Notes under the pieces: generated by a model
Seen by the model: the letters and a program-made list of their open reading frames with translations, nothing else
Told to the model about the DNA's origin: nothing
Database searches by the model: none
From: Nitrospinota bacterium
GTDB taxonomy: Bacteria > UBA8248
Assembly: GCA_046581755.1 (NCBI GenBank)
Contig: JAYGFR010000240.1
Location: forward strand, 1-50,140
Direction: 5' to 3'
DNA: 50,140 nt
Part shown: positions 19,357-29,957 of the stretch, one piece after another
Numbering within the stretch: position 1 is the stretch's first letter
Layout of the letters: every line of letters begins with the position of its first letter
Translations under genes and position numbers: made by a program

Positions 19357-20531
19357 TCGATGGCCTTTCGCAGGGAAATTACATGGCGGATCACCCAATC
19401 GGCCAATGCACCGCCCGGCGCCTGCCCCCCGTGCGGGGACATCCGGCCCGGCGCGGTGCAGCTCACCGCGAGCATCCCGGTCATCCGCTCCACCTCTTTC
19501 CGCATGGCGGGATTGTTCGCCACCCGTCCGGAAATGAGAATGCTTTTATTCTCTATTTCGACATGGCTTTTGAGCCATAGGACCGTAAGAGTAGAGTCAA
19601 GACTGTCGCATGCGCAAATGACGAGTCCCCGCCAGCGAAGCCAGCCAAGGAGCCAGGGGTCGGTGGCGGTGTGAATGCTTCCCGGGGCGTTGGGCGCGTC
19701 GGCGATTTCGGCGAGAACGATTTCCCCGTGCTGGGCCGCGTGGCGCAAAAGAATTCGTGCGCAGCGGCGGGACTCGCGCTCCCCGATCTCGAACGTTGTG
19801 GCCAGGCCGGCATCGACGAAATCCCACCCCAGGCGGTGGGAGTCGAAATAGCCCGACGGCCTCCCGTAGCAGACCTGTATCAGATCCCGCATTCGGCCCG
19901 TTCCGGTCAGCTTGACGTAGGTGACGCGAATTCCCGCCACGCGGAGTGAAAACGCCAGCGAGGCGGCGCAAGTGGTTTTGCCCACATCCATGTCCGAGCC
20001 GGCGATCAGGACGATCGGGGCTCCCGGATAGGGCTGGTCCCCGGCGTGCGCGGCCGCGCCCTGAATTGACGGGAGGCTCGAGAGCAAGGCGGGTCCGCCT
20101 TCGAGCTCAATGCGCCCCAGAAGGCGCACCTTGACGACGGCCTCATCCGCGGAATCGGCCACGCCGATGACGCCGCCCGTGTTCAGAAGGTCCAGAACCG
20201 AGCCCGGAGGGGCGGGGGATGGGGGGGCATGGCCGCTCACGCTTCGGTTCGCGAACCGGCCGCCGAGGGCGCCCACGAATATTGTCTCCGGGGTCAAATC
20301 CACCTCCAGGGTCCGCCATGCGTCCGGGGCGCCGGAGAGCGATTCGATGACCTCGAGCCTCCTCACACGGGCCCCCTCCGGCGCCTCGAGGACCTCCACG
20401 GCCGCCGCCGCGCCCGGGGGAATGGGCTCCGCCGCCAGGGACACGCAATCCGCCCCCCGCGCGAGGCCGCCGGGACTCAGAAAAAGGCCCCGTACCGTGG
20501 ATGCAAAATGATCGACGCGAAGCAAATACAC
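19353..20531 (-). CDS. DUF1611-like P-loop protein
   Basis: FVGALGGRFA, LLNTGGVIG, IAGSDMDVGKTT, VKLTGTGRMRD, DFVDAGLATT, EIAD. Start GTG 20531 or TTG 20525; the ORF-track N-terminal extension overlaps the upstream gene. Confidence 0.75.
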   Translation of the reverse strand: MYLLRVDHFASTVRGLFLSPGGLARGADCVSLAAEPIPPGAAAAVEVLEAPEGARVRRLEVIESLSGAPDAWRTLEVDLTPETIFVGALGGRFANRSVSGHAPPSPAPPGSVLDLLNTGGVIGVADSADEAVVKVRLLGRIELEGGPALLSSLPSIQGAAAHAGDQPYPGAPIVLIAGSDMDVGKTTCAASLAFSLRVAGIRVTYVKLTGTGRMRDLIQVCYGRPSGYFDSHRLGWDFVDAGLATTFEIGERESRRCARILLRHAAQHGEIVLAEIADAPNAPGSIHTATDPWLLGWLRWRGLVICACDSLDSTLTVLWLKSHVEIENKSILISGRVANNPAMRKEVERMTGMLAVSCTAPGRMSPHGGQAPGGALADWVIRHVISLRKAIE

Positions 20532-20536
20532 TCTCC

Positions 20537-21961
20537 CTATGGAACGGCGGTCAGGTTCAAGGCATCCGTGAAGGATTGAACCAATTGGACCGTGAGCGGG
20601 GTTACGTCTTCGGCCTCCTCGTCCAGAAGGCTTCCCAATCCCTCGAGTTTGAAAAAAGCCCCGCGCGGCTCGACCTCGGTCCCGGCGGCGGGCGGCGAGC
20701 AGGTGAGGAGAATCTCCTCGGGCCCCTGCAGGTCGCCGAGCCGGCTCCCGTCCCGGATCAACCGGGGGGCGGCGCCATCGAGGAGATAGATCCCCGGTTC
20801 GACGGCGCGGCCGATCCGGACCGGGAAGGGCCGCGTGTTCCGCAAGAGTAGCTGAAAGCCCGCCAGCGGCGATTCTCCCATCCGGGCCAGCTGGGGCGAT
20901 CCCTCGTCCTCCTCCCGGCCCGCGTCCAGGAGCTCCGCCAAGTGCCAGTACATTGTGGGCGGGCGTGGATTGTCCCGGAGTTCGAGCTCGGTCATGAGCT
21001 GGGTGGTGCCCAGCAGGCGCGGATTCACCTCCAGCGCGTAGGGCTCGCCGCCATGGACGACAAAATCCACCCCGAAAAGTCCCTTGTATCCCATATCGGC
21101 GACCCATTCACCGATGCTTAGCGTGTTTTCCCGAATCTTTCGGCGGGCCGAATCGGGGAGGCGGGTGTAGGCCCCGTAGTCGCTGCCCGCGTAATCGAAG
21201 CGGTGCATGGACGAGCCCGCCAGGCCCGTGATCATGGCCGAGGGATGGGACATCCGAGGCCGCCCCCGGAAGATGATGGCGGCCACGCCGATGGCCGGCC
21301 CGGACAGGAACCGGCTCACGATTGCCGGCTCGTCCGGCCCCGATTTTTCGATCAGCCGGATTTTGAGGGAATCCATCTCGCCGGGGTTTTCGATGAGATG
21401 GGTTTGATTTCCCGAGGAGCCGATCCGCTCGCTGACGATGATCCGGGGGCCCCACTTTTTGATGAGCACCCCCGAGAGATCGCCGATGGCCAGAATCTCG
21501 CCGGGCGGCAGTGGAATACCTCGCCTCTCCGCCTCCCGGCGAAAGGCGGTTTTATCGTCGAGCTGGATCTTGAGTTCGAGGGGATTGGCGAGAACCGAGA
21601 TGCGCCCGCCGGTTTCGGCGGCCATTTGCTCCAAAAATTCGGTCGAGCGGTAGGGCACGATCACCCGGGGCGCATCGCCCGAGGTGAGATAGCTTTTCAG
21701 CTCATCTCCCCAGGCGCCCTCGTAGGCCGCGACGATGGAGCCGTGGGTCCACACGATTCGCCTGCCGAGGGGGCGCTCGACCGCGAAGTAGCGGAGGCGG
21801 GAGTCCCACTTCGCTCCGTCCATCCCCCAATCGCAGGCGACGATGAAGCTGAGCGGGAGACACTCCTCGACGGCGATCGAATCGGCCGCCCGGAGCCCCT
21901 GGAACCCGAATTGCGCCGAGGCCGACGCGGCCTCGATCAGGCGCTCTCGAAACTCGGACAT
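20537..21961 (-). CDS. ATP-grasp ligase (PGM1/peptide-ligase-like)
   Basis: LDDKTAFR, GSSGNQTHLI, YAGSD, GYKGLFGVDFV...ALEVNPRLLGTT. Confidence 0.85.
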   Translation of the reverse strand: MSEFRERLIEAASASAQFGFQGLRAADSIAVEECLPLSFIVACDWGMDGAKWDSRLRYFAVERPLGRRIVWTHGSIVAAYEGAWGDELKSYLTSGDAPRVIVPYRSTEFLEQMAAETGGRISVLANPLELKIQLDDKTAFRREAERRGIPLPPGEILAIGDLSGVLIKKWGPRIIVSERIGSSGNQTHLIENPGEMDSLKIRLIEKSGPDEPAIVSRFLSGPAIGVAAIIFRGRPRMSHPSAMITGLAGSSMHRFDYAGSDYGAYTRLPDSARRKIRENTLSIGEWVADMGYKGLFGVDFVVHGGEPYALEVNPRLLGTTQLMTELELRDNPRPPTMYWHLAELLDAGREEDEGSPQLARMGESPLAGFQLLLRNTRPFPVRIGRAVEPGIYLLDGAAPRLIRDGSRLGDLQGPEEILLTCSPPAAGTEVEPRGAFFKLEGLGSLLDEEAEDVTPLTVQLVQSFTDALNLTAVP

Positions 21962-22210
21962 GGGTGCTGAATTCAATCAAATCCTCCAGGCGGCGAAGCC
22001 GCCGCGGCAGCGCGGTCATTCCAATCGAGGGCGGATTCTAATTCGACACGGCCAAATACGGCAAACGCGCGGCCGGTTATCGCAGCCGGGGGGCCTGGAA
22101 GGCCTCTATGGTTGCTGCGCACAATTTCGATCCCCTGTGCTAAGATAACAAAAGAGATTCTTTTTAAGACTTGAATTTCTTTTGTTTTCCTCCGAATCGA
22201 AAAGAGATTG

Positions 22211-23137
22211 ATGTCCGCACAAACGGGCGTTCAGCCTTATCCTGCACCGGGCGATGAATTCAAAGATGATTTCGGCCCGGAATGGCGCAAGGCGCTGGGC
22301 AGCCTGATCCGGGTCAGACCCGCCTTTGTCGGGGCCCTTTTCCTGGTGGGCCTGCTTTTCATCGCCATCGCCGCTCCCATTATCGCGCCCATGGATCCCT
22401 CGAAGGTGGATGTACGTCTGCGGCTCAAGCCGCCCCTGGGGCTGGAGGGCGCGAGGAGCCAGAACCTTCTCGGCACGGACGCCCTGGGGCGGGATATCCT
22501 GAGCCGGTTGATGTACGGCTCGCGCATATCCATCATCGTCGGTCTCAGCTCGGTCCTTATTTCAGGCGTCATCGGAATCGTCCTGGGCCTCCTGGCGGGG
22601 TATTTCGGCGGGAAATTGGACGACCTCATCATGGGCTTCGCGGAAATCCAGCTGGCGTTTCCGTTTATCCTCCTGGCCATCACGATCATGGCCGTGATGG
22701 GCCCCGGTTTGATGAATACCATCGTTGTCCTCGGCATCAGCCGCTGGGTGGCCTATGGAAGAATTGTCCGGGGCCAGGTCCTCGCGGTCCGGGAGATGGA
22801 GTATATCGAAGCCGCCCACGCGCTGGGGTATCCGGTCTACCGGGTGCTCTTTTTCCAGATTCTTCCGAACATCACCTCCCCCCTCATCGTCATCGCCAGC
22901 TTCGCCGTGGCCGGAAACATCATCTCGGAGGCCTCGCTGAGCTTCCTGGGCTTGGGCGTCCCCCCCTCCATCGTCACCTGGGGGGGCATGCTCGCCGAGG
23001 GGCGGGAGTATTTGCGCGTATCCTGGTGGATGGCGACGCTTCCCGGCCTGGCCATCATGGCGACCGTCTTGAGCATCAATTTGATTGGAGATTGGCTCAG
23101 GGATTACTTGGATCCCCGGGTGAGAACCGATCCTTGA
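22211..23137 (+). CDS. Peptide/nickel ABC permease, DppC/OppC type
   Basis: LLGTDALGRDILSRLMYGSRIS, YIEAAHALG, EASLSFLGLG, GDWLRDYLDPR. Confidence 0.95.
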   Translation: MSAQTGVQPYPAPGDEFKDDFGPEWRKALGSLIRVRPAFVGALFLVGLLFIAIAAPIIAPMDPSKVDVRLRLKPPLGLEGARSQNLLGTDALGRDILSRLMYGSRISIIVGLSSVLISGVIGIVLGLLAGYFGGKLDDLIMGFAEIQLAFPFILLAITIMAVMGPGLMNTIVVLGISRWVAYGRIVRGQVLAVREMEYIEAAHALGYPVYRVLFFQILPNITSPLIVIASFAVAGNIISEASLSFLGLGVPPSIVTWGGMLAEGREYLRVSWWMATLPGLAIMATVLSINLIGDWLRDYLDPRVRTDP

Positions 23138-23195
23138 TCCGGCCCCGAGCCCCCGGCGGCCGGGGGAGGACTGCGTGGAGGTTTACTGGATGGCA

Positions 23196-24743
23196 ATGAG
23201 AATATTTTGGACCGGGATTTTTCTGGCTTTTTTTCTGTTCACGCTTCAGTCCTGCGGCGGAGAAAAGGGCGATCGCCCGCTCACCATCTTGATGTCGGTC
23301 GAGGCGCGGACCTTCGATCCCCATTTCGCCTCATCGACGGTGGAGTGGAGTTTTTTGATGAACATTTTCGACGCCCTCGTCGTCCGCGGCGACGACATGA
23401 CGGTCGGGCCGGGATTGGCCCTAAAGTGGGAGGTCGATTCGAGCAAAAAAGTGTGGACCTTCCACCTCCGCAAGGGGGTGAAATTCACCAACGGCGAACC
23501 GTTCGGCGCCCAATCGGTGAAATTCACCTTCGAGCGGATGCAGAACAAGAAACTGCGCCCCCGGACGACCGTACCGAGGCGAATCGCGCTCGACCGGGTG
23601 GAGATCGTGAATGAACACACAGTGCGCATCCACACGAAGCGGCCCGTGGCGACCCTGCCGATCTGGCTGGTCAACGCCTTCATGCTTCCGCCGAAACACT
23701 ACGGCGAGAAATCCGCCAAGGAGGTTTCCGGCAAGCCCGTGGGGACGGGCCCCTACAAGATGGTGAAGTGGGTCAAGGACGATTTTATCCGCATGGAGGC
23801 CAACGAAAACTGGTGGAGGGGGGAGGTCAAGATCAAGACCGTCCTCTGGCGGCCGGTTCCGGAGGCCTCCTCCCGCATCGCCGAGATCGAATCGGGCGCG
23901 GCGGATATCATCACGAACATATCGCCCGATCAGGGGGCGATGATTGCCAGCGAGGAACGCGGCAGCCAGCTCAAGGCCATTCACGGCGGGCGGCGGATCT
24001 ATCTGGGAATCCGCCAGAATTTCGAGGTGTTTAAATTAAAAAAAGTCCGCCAGGCCCTGAACTACGCGGTCGATTTTCCCATGATCGCCGAGAACGTGCT
24101 GAATGGACACGGCAGCCGCCTGGCGACCATCGTGAACGCCCCCAACGCCGATGAATCGATCAAGGCCTATCCCTATAACCCGAAAAAAGCCAAGCAGCTC
24201 CTGGCCGAGGCCGGGCTGAAGGACACGAACGGGGACGGCGTGCTGGAGTATCAGGGCAAGCCGGTCGCCTTCAAGCTCGACGTTCCCACCTCCCGGTATC
24301 TCAAGGGCAAGGAAATTTGCGAGTCGGTGGCCGCGAATCTCCGGGCGGTGGGCCTCAAGGTCGAGGTCAATCCGCTCGAATGGTCCGTCTATCTGTCGCG
24401 CCGCTCGAAGAAGAAGTTCTCGCCCCTGTATTTTCACGGCTTCAGTTCGGCCTTCAACGCAGAGCTCGACCTGGGCGTGCTACGGCCCAACCTGTACGCC
24501 AACCTGACCCATTGGAATAACCCCGCCTTCATCCAGGGCTACAACCGCCTGGGCCAGACGTTCGACGCCGCGGAGCGGAAAAAGATCAGCTACGCCCTGC
24601 AGCGCATCATCCGGGAGGATGCGCCCTGGGTCTTTTTGTGGAATCAATACGACTTTTACGGCCTCAGCCCCCGCGTGAAGTGGTTCCCGCGGGCGGACGA
24701 GAGGATCTACCTTCCCTCGATCATCATGAAAGCGAAGAAGTAG
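23196..24743 (+). CDS. ABC solute-binding lipoprotein, family 5 (DppA/OppA)
   Basis: Lipobox LQSC, FHLRKGVKFTNGEPF, PVGTGPYK, VRQALNYAVD. Start approximate. Confidence 0.93.
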   Translation: MRIFWTGIFLAFFLFTLQSCGGEKGDRPLTILMSVEARTFDPHFASSTVEWSFLMNIFDALVVRGDDMTVGPGLALKWEVDSSKKVWTFHLRKGVKFTNGEPFGAQSVKFTFERMQNKKLRPRTTVPRRIALDRVEIVNEHTVRIHTKRPVATLPIWLVNAFMLPPKHYGEKSAKEVSGKPVGTGPYKMVKWVKDDFIRMEANENWWRGEVKIKTVLWRPVPEASSRIAEIESGAADIITNISPDQGAMIASEERGSQLKAIHGGRRIYLGIRQNFEVFKLKKVRQALNYAVDFPMIAENVLNGHGSRLATIVNAPNADESIKAYPYNPKKAKQLLAEAGLKDTNGDGVLEYQGKPVAFKLDVPTSRYLKGKEICESVAANLRAVGLKVEVNPLEWSVYLSRRSKKKFSPLYFHGFSSAFNAELDLGVLRPNLYANLTHWNNPAFIQGYNRLGQTFDAAERKKISYALQRIIREDAPWVFLWNQYDFYGLSPRVKWFPRADERIYLPSIIMKAKK

Positions 24744-24796
24744 GGCGGGGCCGGAAAAGCGGGGACAAAAGGGCGGGGCCGGAAGGGGAGTCCAAC

Positions 24797-25714
24797 GTGG
24801 GTTCATATCTGGTGCGCAGGGCGTTCCGAGCCCTTCTCGTGGTCGTTGGGGTGAGCTTCATCTCCTTCGCCGTTTTGTTTCTCTCGGGCGATCCGACGGA
24901 TACCATGGTGGGCGAGGATTGGACGATCGAGGAGGTTCAAAGGCTCCGCCGAGACATGGGTCTGGACCGGCCCTGGTTCATTCAGTACATCACCTATGCG
25001 AGCCGGGCCGTGCGGGGGGATTTCGGCGAGAGCCTGCGCTACCGCCAGCCTGCCTTCGAACTTATCGCCGAGCGCATACCCGCCACCCTGGAACTGGCTC
25101 TCGTGGCCCTGGTGCTATCCATCGTGCTCGCCCTGCCGGTGGGGGTCGTCAGCGCCTCGAAGCGGGGCTCCGCCTACGACCAGGGGGGGATGATCTTCGC
25201 CCTCTTCGGCCAGGCGATGCCGGTTTTCTGGCTGGGCCTCATGCTCATCCTCATCTTCGGGGTTCACCTGAGATGGCTTCCGGTGAGCGGAAGGGGAGGG
25301 CTGGAGAGTCTGATTCTCCCCTCGATCACGCTGGCGACCTACTCCCTGGCGCGCAATACGCGCGTCATCCGAAGCTCGATGCTGGATGTCCTGGCACAGG
25401 ATTACGTGAGAACGGCCCGGGCGAAGGGGCTGGCAGAGCAGATGGTCATCTACCTCCATGCCCTTCGGAACGCGCTCATTCCCGTCGTCACCATCATCGG
25501 ACTCGAATTCGGCCACCTTCTCGGCGGGGCCGTCATCGTCGAGACGATATTCGCCTGGCCCGGCATCGGGCGGCTCATGATCCAGGCCGTCTATGCCAAG
25601 GATTTTCCGCTCGTCCAGGCATCGGTGACCATCGCCGCCCTGATATTCGTCACCCTCAATTTTTTCGTCGATTTCATTTACTCCTACCTAGACCCGCGCG
25701 TCCGGCTGCACTAG
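24797..25714 (+). CDS. Peptide/nickel ABC permease, DppB/OppB type
   Basis: GTG start with RBS; GLDRPWFIQY, GDFGESL, DYVRTARAKGL, ETIFAWPGIG. Confidence 0.95.
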   Translation: MGSYLVRRAFRALLVVVGVSFISFAVLFLSGDPTDTMVGEDWTIEEVQRLRRDMGLDRPWFIQYITYASRAVRGDFGESLRYRQPAFELIAERIPATLELALVALVLSIVLALPVGVVSASKRGSAYDQGGMIFALFGQAMPVFWLGLMLILIFGVHLRWLPVSGRGGLESLILPSITLATYSLARNTRVIRSSMLDVLAQDYVRTARAKGLAEQMVIYLHALRNALIPVVTIIGLEFGHLLGGAVIVETIFAWPGIGRLMIQAVYAKDFPLVQASVTIAALIFVTLNFFVDFIYSYLDPRVRLH

Positions 25715-25748
25715 CGCGTCCCCTTTTCTCGCATTCGAGGAATTTCGC

Positions 25749-26689
25749 GTGGCCCGGACAGCGTATTTTTGGGATTCATCCTCGCTGGACCACAACACCG
25801 GCCGCCACGTCGAGTGCATCGCGCGGGCCGAGCGCCTGCATCCGGACAGGATGCGCGAGCGCGCCCCCGGCATCGATCATCGCCCCATCCTCGCGCACGG
25901 CGCCGAGGAGTTGATCCTGCGCGTCCACGACGCCGAATATCTCGAGTTCGTCAGCACCGCGCACGAAAACGGATTTCGCGCCCTGGACCGGGGGGACACG
26001 AGAATCAGCGCCGGAAGCTACCGGGCGGCCCTGAACGCCGTGGACGCGGCGGCGACAGCGGCCGATGGAGTGATGAGCGGCGCGTATGAGACGGCTTTTT
26101 GCGCGATGCGCCCGCCGAGCCACCATGCCCTCCCGTTCCAAGCCATGGGGTTTTGCCTGTTCTCCACCCCCTCGATACTGGCCCGCTACCTCCAGGCGCG
26201 CCACGGCCTGGGCCGGGTCGCGATTCTGGATTGGGATGTCCATCACGGGAACGGAACCCAGTATATTTTTTGGGAGGACCCGGACGTCTTTTCCTCTCCC
26301 TCCACCAGCATCCCCTCTATCCGGGGAGCGGGCTCGAGGACGAAACCGGGGAGGGGCCGGGAAAGGGAGCGACCCTGAACCTGACGTTTTTGCCCGGGAC
26401 GGAGGAGGCGGACTATCTCGCGCGCTTTGAAACCCAGGCCGTTCCGGCGCTTCTGGCCTTCGAGCCGGAATTTATAATCCTCTCGGCCGGGTTCGACGCC
26501 CACTGCGATGACCCGCTGGGAGAACTCCGCCTCACCCCGGAGGGGTTTGCCCGCATGACCCGGTGCGTGAAGGAGGCCGCCGCGCAATCGTGCGGCGGGC
26601 GCATGGTCAGCCTCCTGGAGGGCGGATACAATCTCGACGCTCTGGAATCCTCCGTGGGAGCGCATTTGGTCAGTCTTTGCTCGGATTAA
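25749..26689 (+). pseudogene. Histone-deacetylase-family amidohydrolase, frameshifted
   Basis: First frame has RPPSHHA and DWDVHHGNGTQ; second frame has SLHQHPLYPGSG, SAGFDAHCDDPLG, LEGGY. One T is missing in the T-run at 26289-26292 (real lesion or sequencing error). Confidence 0.85.
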
Positions 26690-26770
26690 GATGATTATTA
26701 ACTTTAAGTATTACTCCTAAATATATGTAAAGTATCATTAAAAAATGTTAGTATAGTATTGTGCGAAAAT

Positions 26771-26803
26771 TTAGTTGACTAACTAACTAACAGGGCCTAC
26801 CTT
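26771..26803 (+). promoter_or_regulatory. Sigma70 promoter overlapping a probable TetR operator
   Basis: TTGACT(26775)-17 nt-TACCTT(26798); inverted repeat TTAGT-TG-ACTAA and TAAC repeats over the -35; AT-rich upstream region. Confidence 0.6.
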
Positions 26804-26822
26804 GGTCTCAGGAGGAAGCAAT

Positions 26823-27464
26823 ATGACGGATCGCGTTGCGGAGCTTGCGCCGAAAAAAGCCGAGCTTGCGCCAAAAAAAGAGGGGACTGACACCCGGGAC
26901 CGGATTGTCCGGGCGGCGGCCGATCTGTTCTACCTGCAAGGGTACTCGGGCACCTCGTTGGACACGGTGGCCCGGAAGGCGGGGGTGAACCGGGGGAGCC
27001 TGTATTATTTTTTCCGCTCGAAAAAAAATCTCGTCCTTGCCGTTATCGATTATTTCGAGCGCCTGATTCACCAAAACTTCATCGATGCGGCGGAAGAGGG
27101 GGCATCGGGTGGGCGCGGGCGCCTGGAGCGCCTGGCCGAGTTCTATTCCGGGATGCCCCGGGCATCCTCGCCCTGTTGCGGCTGCCCGATCGGGAAGCTC
27201 TCGCTCGAGCTCAGCGGCTTGGACGATGGCATGCGCCTTCGCCTGAAGGATGTCTGGGCCGGGGTGATCGGGCGAATCGAGAGGATGGTCCGGGAGGCGC
27301 AGACCGAGGAGGCGCTGCATCCGGAGGCCGACGCCGCGATCCTGGCGCGGGTCTTTTTCGAGCAGATCCAGGGGGCGCACATCATCGCGCGCACCACGCT
27401 CGACGAGGAGGATCTTCGGGCGGACTGCCGGCGGGCGTTCGAGAGCCTGCCCTGGATGACATAA
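26823..27464 (+). CDS. TetR/AcrR-family regulator (NemR/ComR-like C-terminus)
   Basis: HTH GYSGTSLDTVARKAGVNRGSLYYFFRSK; CCGCPIGKLSLE; AGGAGG RBS. Confidence 0.92.
   Translation: MTDRVAELAPKKAELAPKKEGTDTRDRIVRAAADLFYLQGYSGTSLDTVARKAGVNRGSLYYFFRSKKNLVLAVIDYFERLIHQNFIDAAEEGASGGRGRLERLAEFYSGMPRASSPCCGCPIGKLSLELSGLDDGMRLRLKDVWAGVIGRIERMVREAQTEEALHPEADAAILARVFFEQIQGAHIIARTTLDEEDLRADCRRAFESLPWMT
26838..26879 (+). repeat. 21-bp tandem duplication in the tetR 5' end (AELAPKK x2)
   Basis: GCGGAGCTTGCGCCGAAAAAA / GCCGAGCTTGCGCCAAAAAAA. Confidence 0.85.
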
Positions 27465-27518
27465 GGGCCTTGAAACAACTTTCATTAATTTTTTTAATCA
27501 CCTGAATAAATTGGAGAT

Positions 27519-29930
27519 ATGGATATGTCTGGAGCAAAAGAAGCCACCCTGGCGAGGACCGATATTCCGGTTGCGGGGATGACCTGCGCCTCCTGCTCGT
27601 CCCGGGTGGAAAAGCGCCTGAACGCCCTGGAGGGAGTCGAGGAGGCCACCGTTAATCTCGCCACCGAGCGCGCCAGCGTGGTCTATGACCCGGAGACCGT
27701 GACCCCCTCCGGGATCGCCGAGCGCATCGTCCAGACCGGTTACACAGTTCCCGAAAAATCGGCCGAGCTCGCGATCGGCGGGATGACCTGCGCCTCCTGC
27801 TCGGCGCGGGTGGACAAGCGCCTGAACGCCCTGGAGGGGGTGGTTTCGGCGATCGTGAACCTGGCCACCGAGCGGGCGCACGTGCGCTACCGGCCCGGCG
27901 TCGTATCGCTCGAGGACCTGATCGAGCGGGTGGAGAAGACCGGCTACACCGCCAGTGAGATACCCGATGATGGGGGCGATGCCGAGCGCGCGGAGCGGGA
28001 GGCGAAGGAGCGCCGCGAACTCTGGATTCTCGTGGCATCGGCGCTGCTGTCCCTTCCCCTTCTTTATCAGATGACCGGACATTTTTCGGGAAACGGCGCG
28101 GCCTGGGAGCTTCCCCGGTGGTGGCAGTTCGCCCTGGCCACACCCGTGCAGTTCATCGCGGGCTGGCGCTTCTACCGGGGGGCCTACCATTCCGTCCGCG
28201 GCGGCGGGGCGAATATGGACGTTCTCGTTGCCCTGGGCACCTCGGCGGCCTATTTCCACAGCCTGGGTGTGACGGCGCTGGGCCTGGATTCGATGTTCGT
28301 TTACTACGAGGCCTCCTCGGTTCTCATCACGCTCATCCTCATGGGGAAAGTCCTCGAAAGCCGGGCCATGGGGCGGACCTCGGACGCCATCCGCAAGCTC
28401 ATGGGCCTTCAGGCGAAGACGGCCCGTGTCCTCCGCGATGGCGTGGAGCGCGAGATTCCCATCGAGCAGGTCGTCCCTGGCGATCTGATTCAGGTCCGGC
28501 CGGGCGAGAAGTTCCCGGTGGACGGGGAGATTATCGAGGGCGCGACCTCGGTGGATGAATCCATGATCACAGGCGAGAGCATCCCGGTGGAAAAGGGCCC
28601 CGGCGGCGGAGTGACCGGGGCGACGCTCAATGGGCTCGGCGCCGTGCACTTCCGCGCGACCCGGGTGGGCAAGGATACGGTCCTGGCCCAGATTATCCGC
28701 ATGGTGCAGGAGGCCCAGGGCTCGAAGGCCCCGATTCAGCGGCTCGCCGACCAGATCTCGGGCGTATTCGTCCCGGTTGTGATCGTCATCGCCGGTCTTA
28801 CGTCGGCCTTGTGGTACTACTACGCCGGTTTCACTCCGGCCCTGGTGAACGCCGTCGCCGTGCTGGTGATCGCCTGCCCGTGCGCGTTGGGGCTGGCGAC
28901 GCCGACCGCGATCATGGTCGGCACCGGCAAGGGGGCCGAGATGGGCGTCCTCATCAAGGGCGGCGAATCCCTCGAAACCGCTCACAAGATCGACGCCATC
29001 ATTCTCGACAAGACAGGCACCCTCACGAACGGAAAGCCCGTCGTGACCGACATCGTGCCCTTTGACGGGACCGATCCGGACGAACTCCTCCTCCTCGCGG
29101 CGAGCGCCGAGCAGGGTTCCGAGCATTCCCTCGGCGAGGCCATCCTGGAGCGGGGCAGGAGCGAGGGCCTGAAAATGCTTCAGGCGGAGGATTTCCGCGC
29201 CCTGCCGGGCCTCGGCCTCGAGGTCAAGGTGGGGGGCCGGGCGCTCTGGTTCGGCAACCAGAAGCTCATGGCGGAGCGGGGCCTCTCCCTCGGCGGGCAT
29301 GCGCCGGCCGCGGCGGTTCTCGAGGAGGCCGGAAAAACGGTCATGTTCCTGATGGACGAGACGCGAATCCTCGGGGCGGTGGCGGTGGCCGACACACTCA
29401 AGGAGACCTCGGCCGAGGCGGTGAGTGGCCTCCTGGAAATGGGCATCGAGGTCTACATGATGACGGGCGACAACCGGCGCACGGCGGAGGCCATCGCCGC
29501 CCAAGCCGGAATCTCCCGCGTCATGGCCGAAGTCCTCCCCGGCGAGAAGGCGGCCCGGGTGAAGGCGCTTCGCGGGGAGGGCAAGGTGGTCGGCATGGTG
29601 GGGGACGGGATCAACGATGCGCCCGCGCTGGCCGAGGCGGACGTGGGCTTCGCCATCGGAACGGGCACCGACGTGGCGATGGAGGCCTCCGACGTGACCC
29701 TGATGCGCGGCGATCTGCTGAGCGTCGCCGACGCGATTCATCTTTCACGCGCGACGTTGCGAAAAATCAAGCAGAATCTTTTCTGGGCGTTTTTCTACAA
29801 CGTCATGGGCATCCCGCTGGCGGCGCTCGGCTTCCTGAGCCCGGTTGTGGCGGGAGCGGCGATGGCGTTCAGTTCGGTATCGGTGGTGAGCAACACGCTT
29901 TTGCTCCGGCGGTGGAGGCCGGATCGGTAG
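27519..29930 (+). CDS. copA: Cu(I)-exporting P1B-1 ATPase
   Basis: Two GMTCASC HMA domains, [24 protein letters not shown] and MAFSS motifs. Confidence 0.96.
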   Translation: MDMSGAKEATLARTDIPVAGMTCASCSSRVEKRLNALEGVEEATVNLATERASVVYDPETVTPSGIAERIVQTGYTVPEKSAELAIGGMTCASCSARVDKRLNALEGVVSAIVNLATERAHVRYRPGVVSLEDLIERVEKTGYTASEIPDDGGDAERAEREAKERRELWILVASALLSLPLLYQMTGHFSGNGAAWELPRWWQFALATPVQFIAGWRFYRGAYHSVRGGGANMDVLVALGTSAAYFHSLGVTALGLDSMFVYYEASSVLITLILMGKVLESRAMGRTSDAIRKLMGLQAKTARVLRDGVEREIPIEQVVPGDLIQVRPGEKFPVDGEIIEGATSVDESMITGESIPVEKGPGGGVTGATLNGLGAVHFRATRVGKDTVLAQIIRMVQEAQGSKAPIQRLADQISGVFVPVVIVIAGLTSALWYYYAGFTPALVNAVAVLVIACPCALGLATPTAIMVGTGKGAEMGVLIKGGESLETAHKIDAIILDKTGTLTNGKPVVTDIVPFDGTDPDELLLLAASAEQGSEHSLGEAILERGRSEGLKMLQAEDFRALPGLGLEVKVGGRALWFGNQKLMAERGLSLGGHAPAAAVLEEAGKTVMFLMDETRILGAVAVADTLKETSAEAVSGLLEMGIEVYMMTGDNRRTAEAIAAQAGISRVMAEVLPGEKAARVKALRGEGKVVGMVGDGINDAPALAEADVGFAIGTGTDVAMEASDVTLMRGDLLSVADAIHLSRATLRKIKQNLFWAFFYNVMGIPLAALGFLSPVVAGAAMAFSSVSVVSNTLLLRRWRPDR

Positions 29931-29957
29931 TGGGCCTTTTTAAGGAGGGCATGTGAA

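Noticed and set aside
20540..21107. N-terminal 190 aa of the 584-aa ORF 19353-21107
   Set aside because: It overlaps the ATP-grasp gene in another frame and is Arg/Pro/Gly-rich; the real start is near 20531.
26690..26800. AT-rich patch as a possible origin or island boundary
   Set aside because: No DnaA-box array, att site or integrase; explained as the tetR promoter region.
27555..27950. Long direct repeat inside copA
   Set aside because: Ordinary duplication of the two HMA domains, not a mobile or CRISPR repeat.
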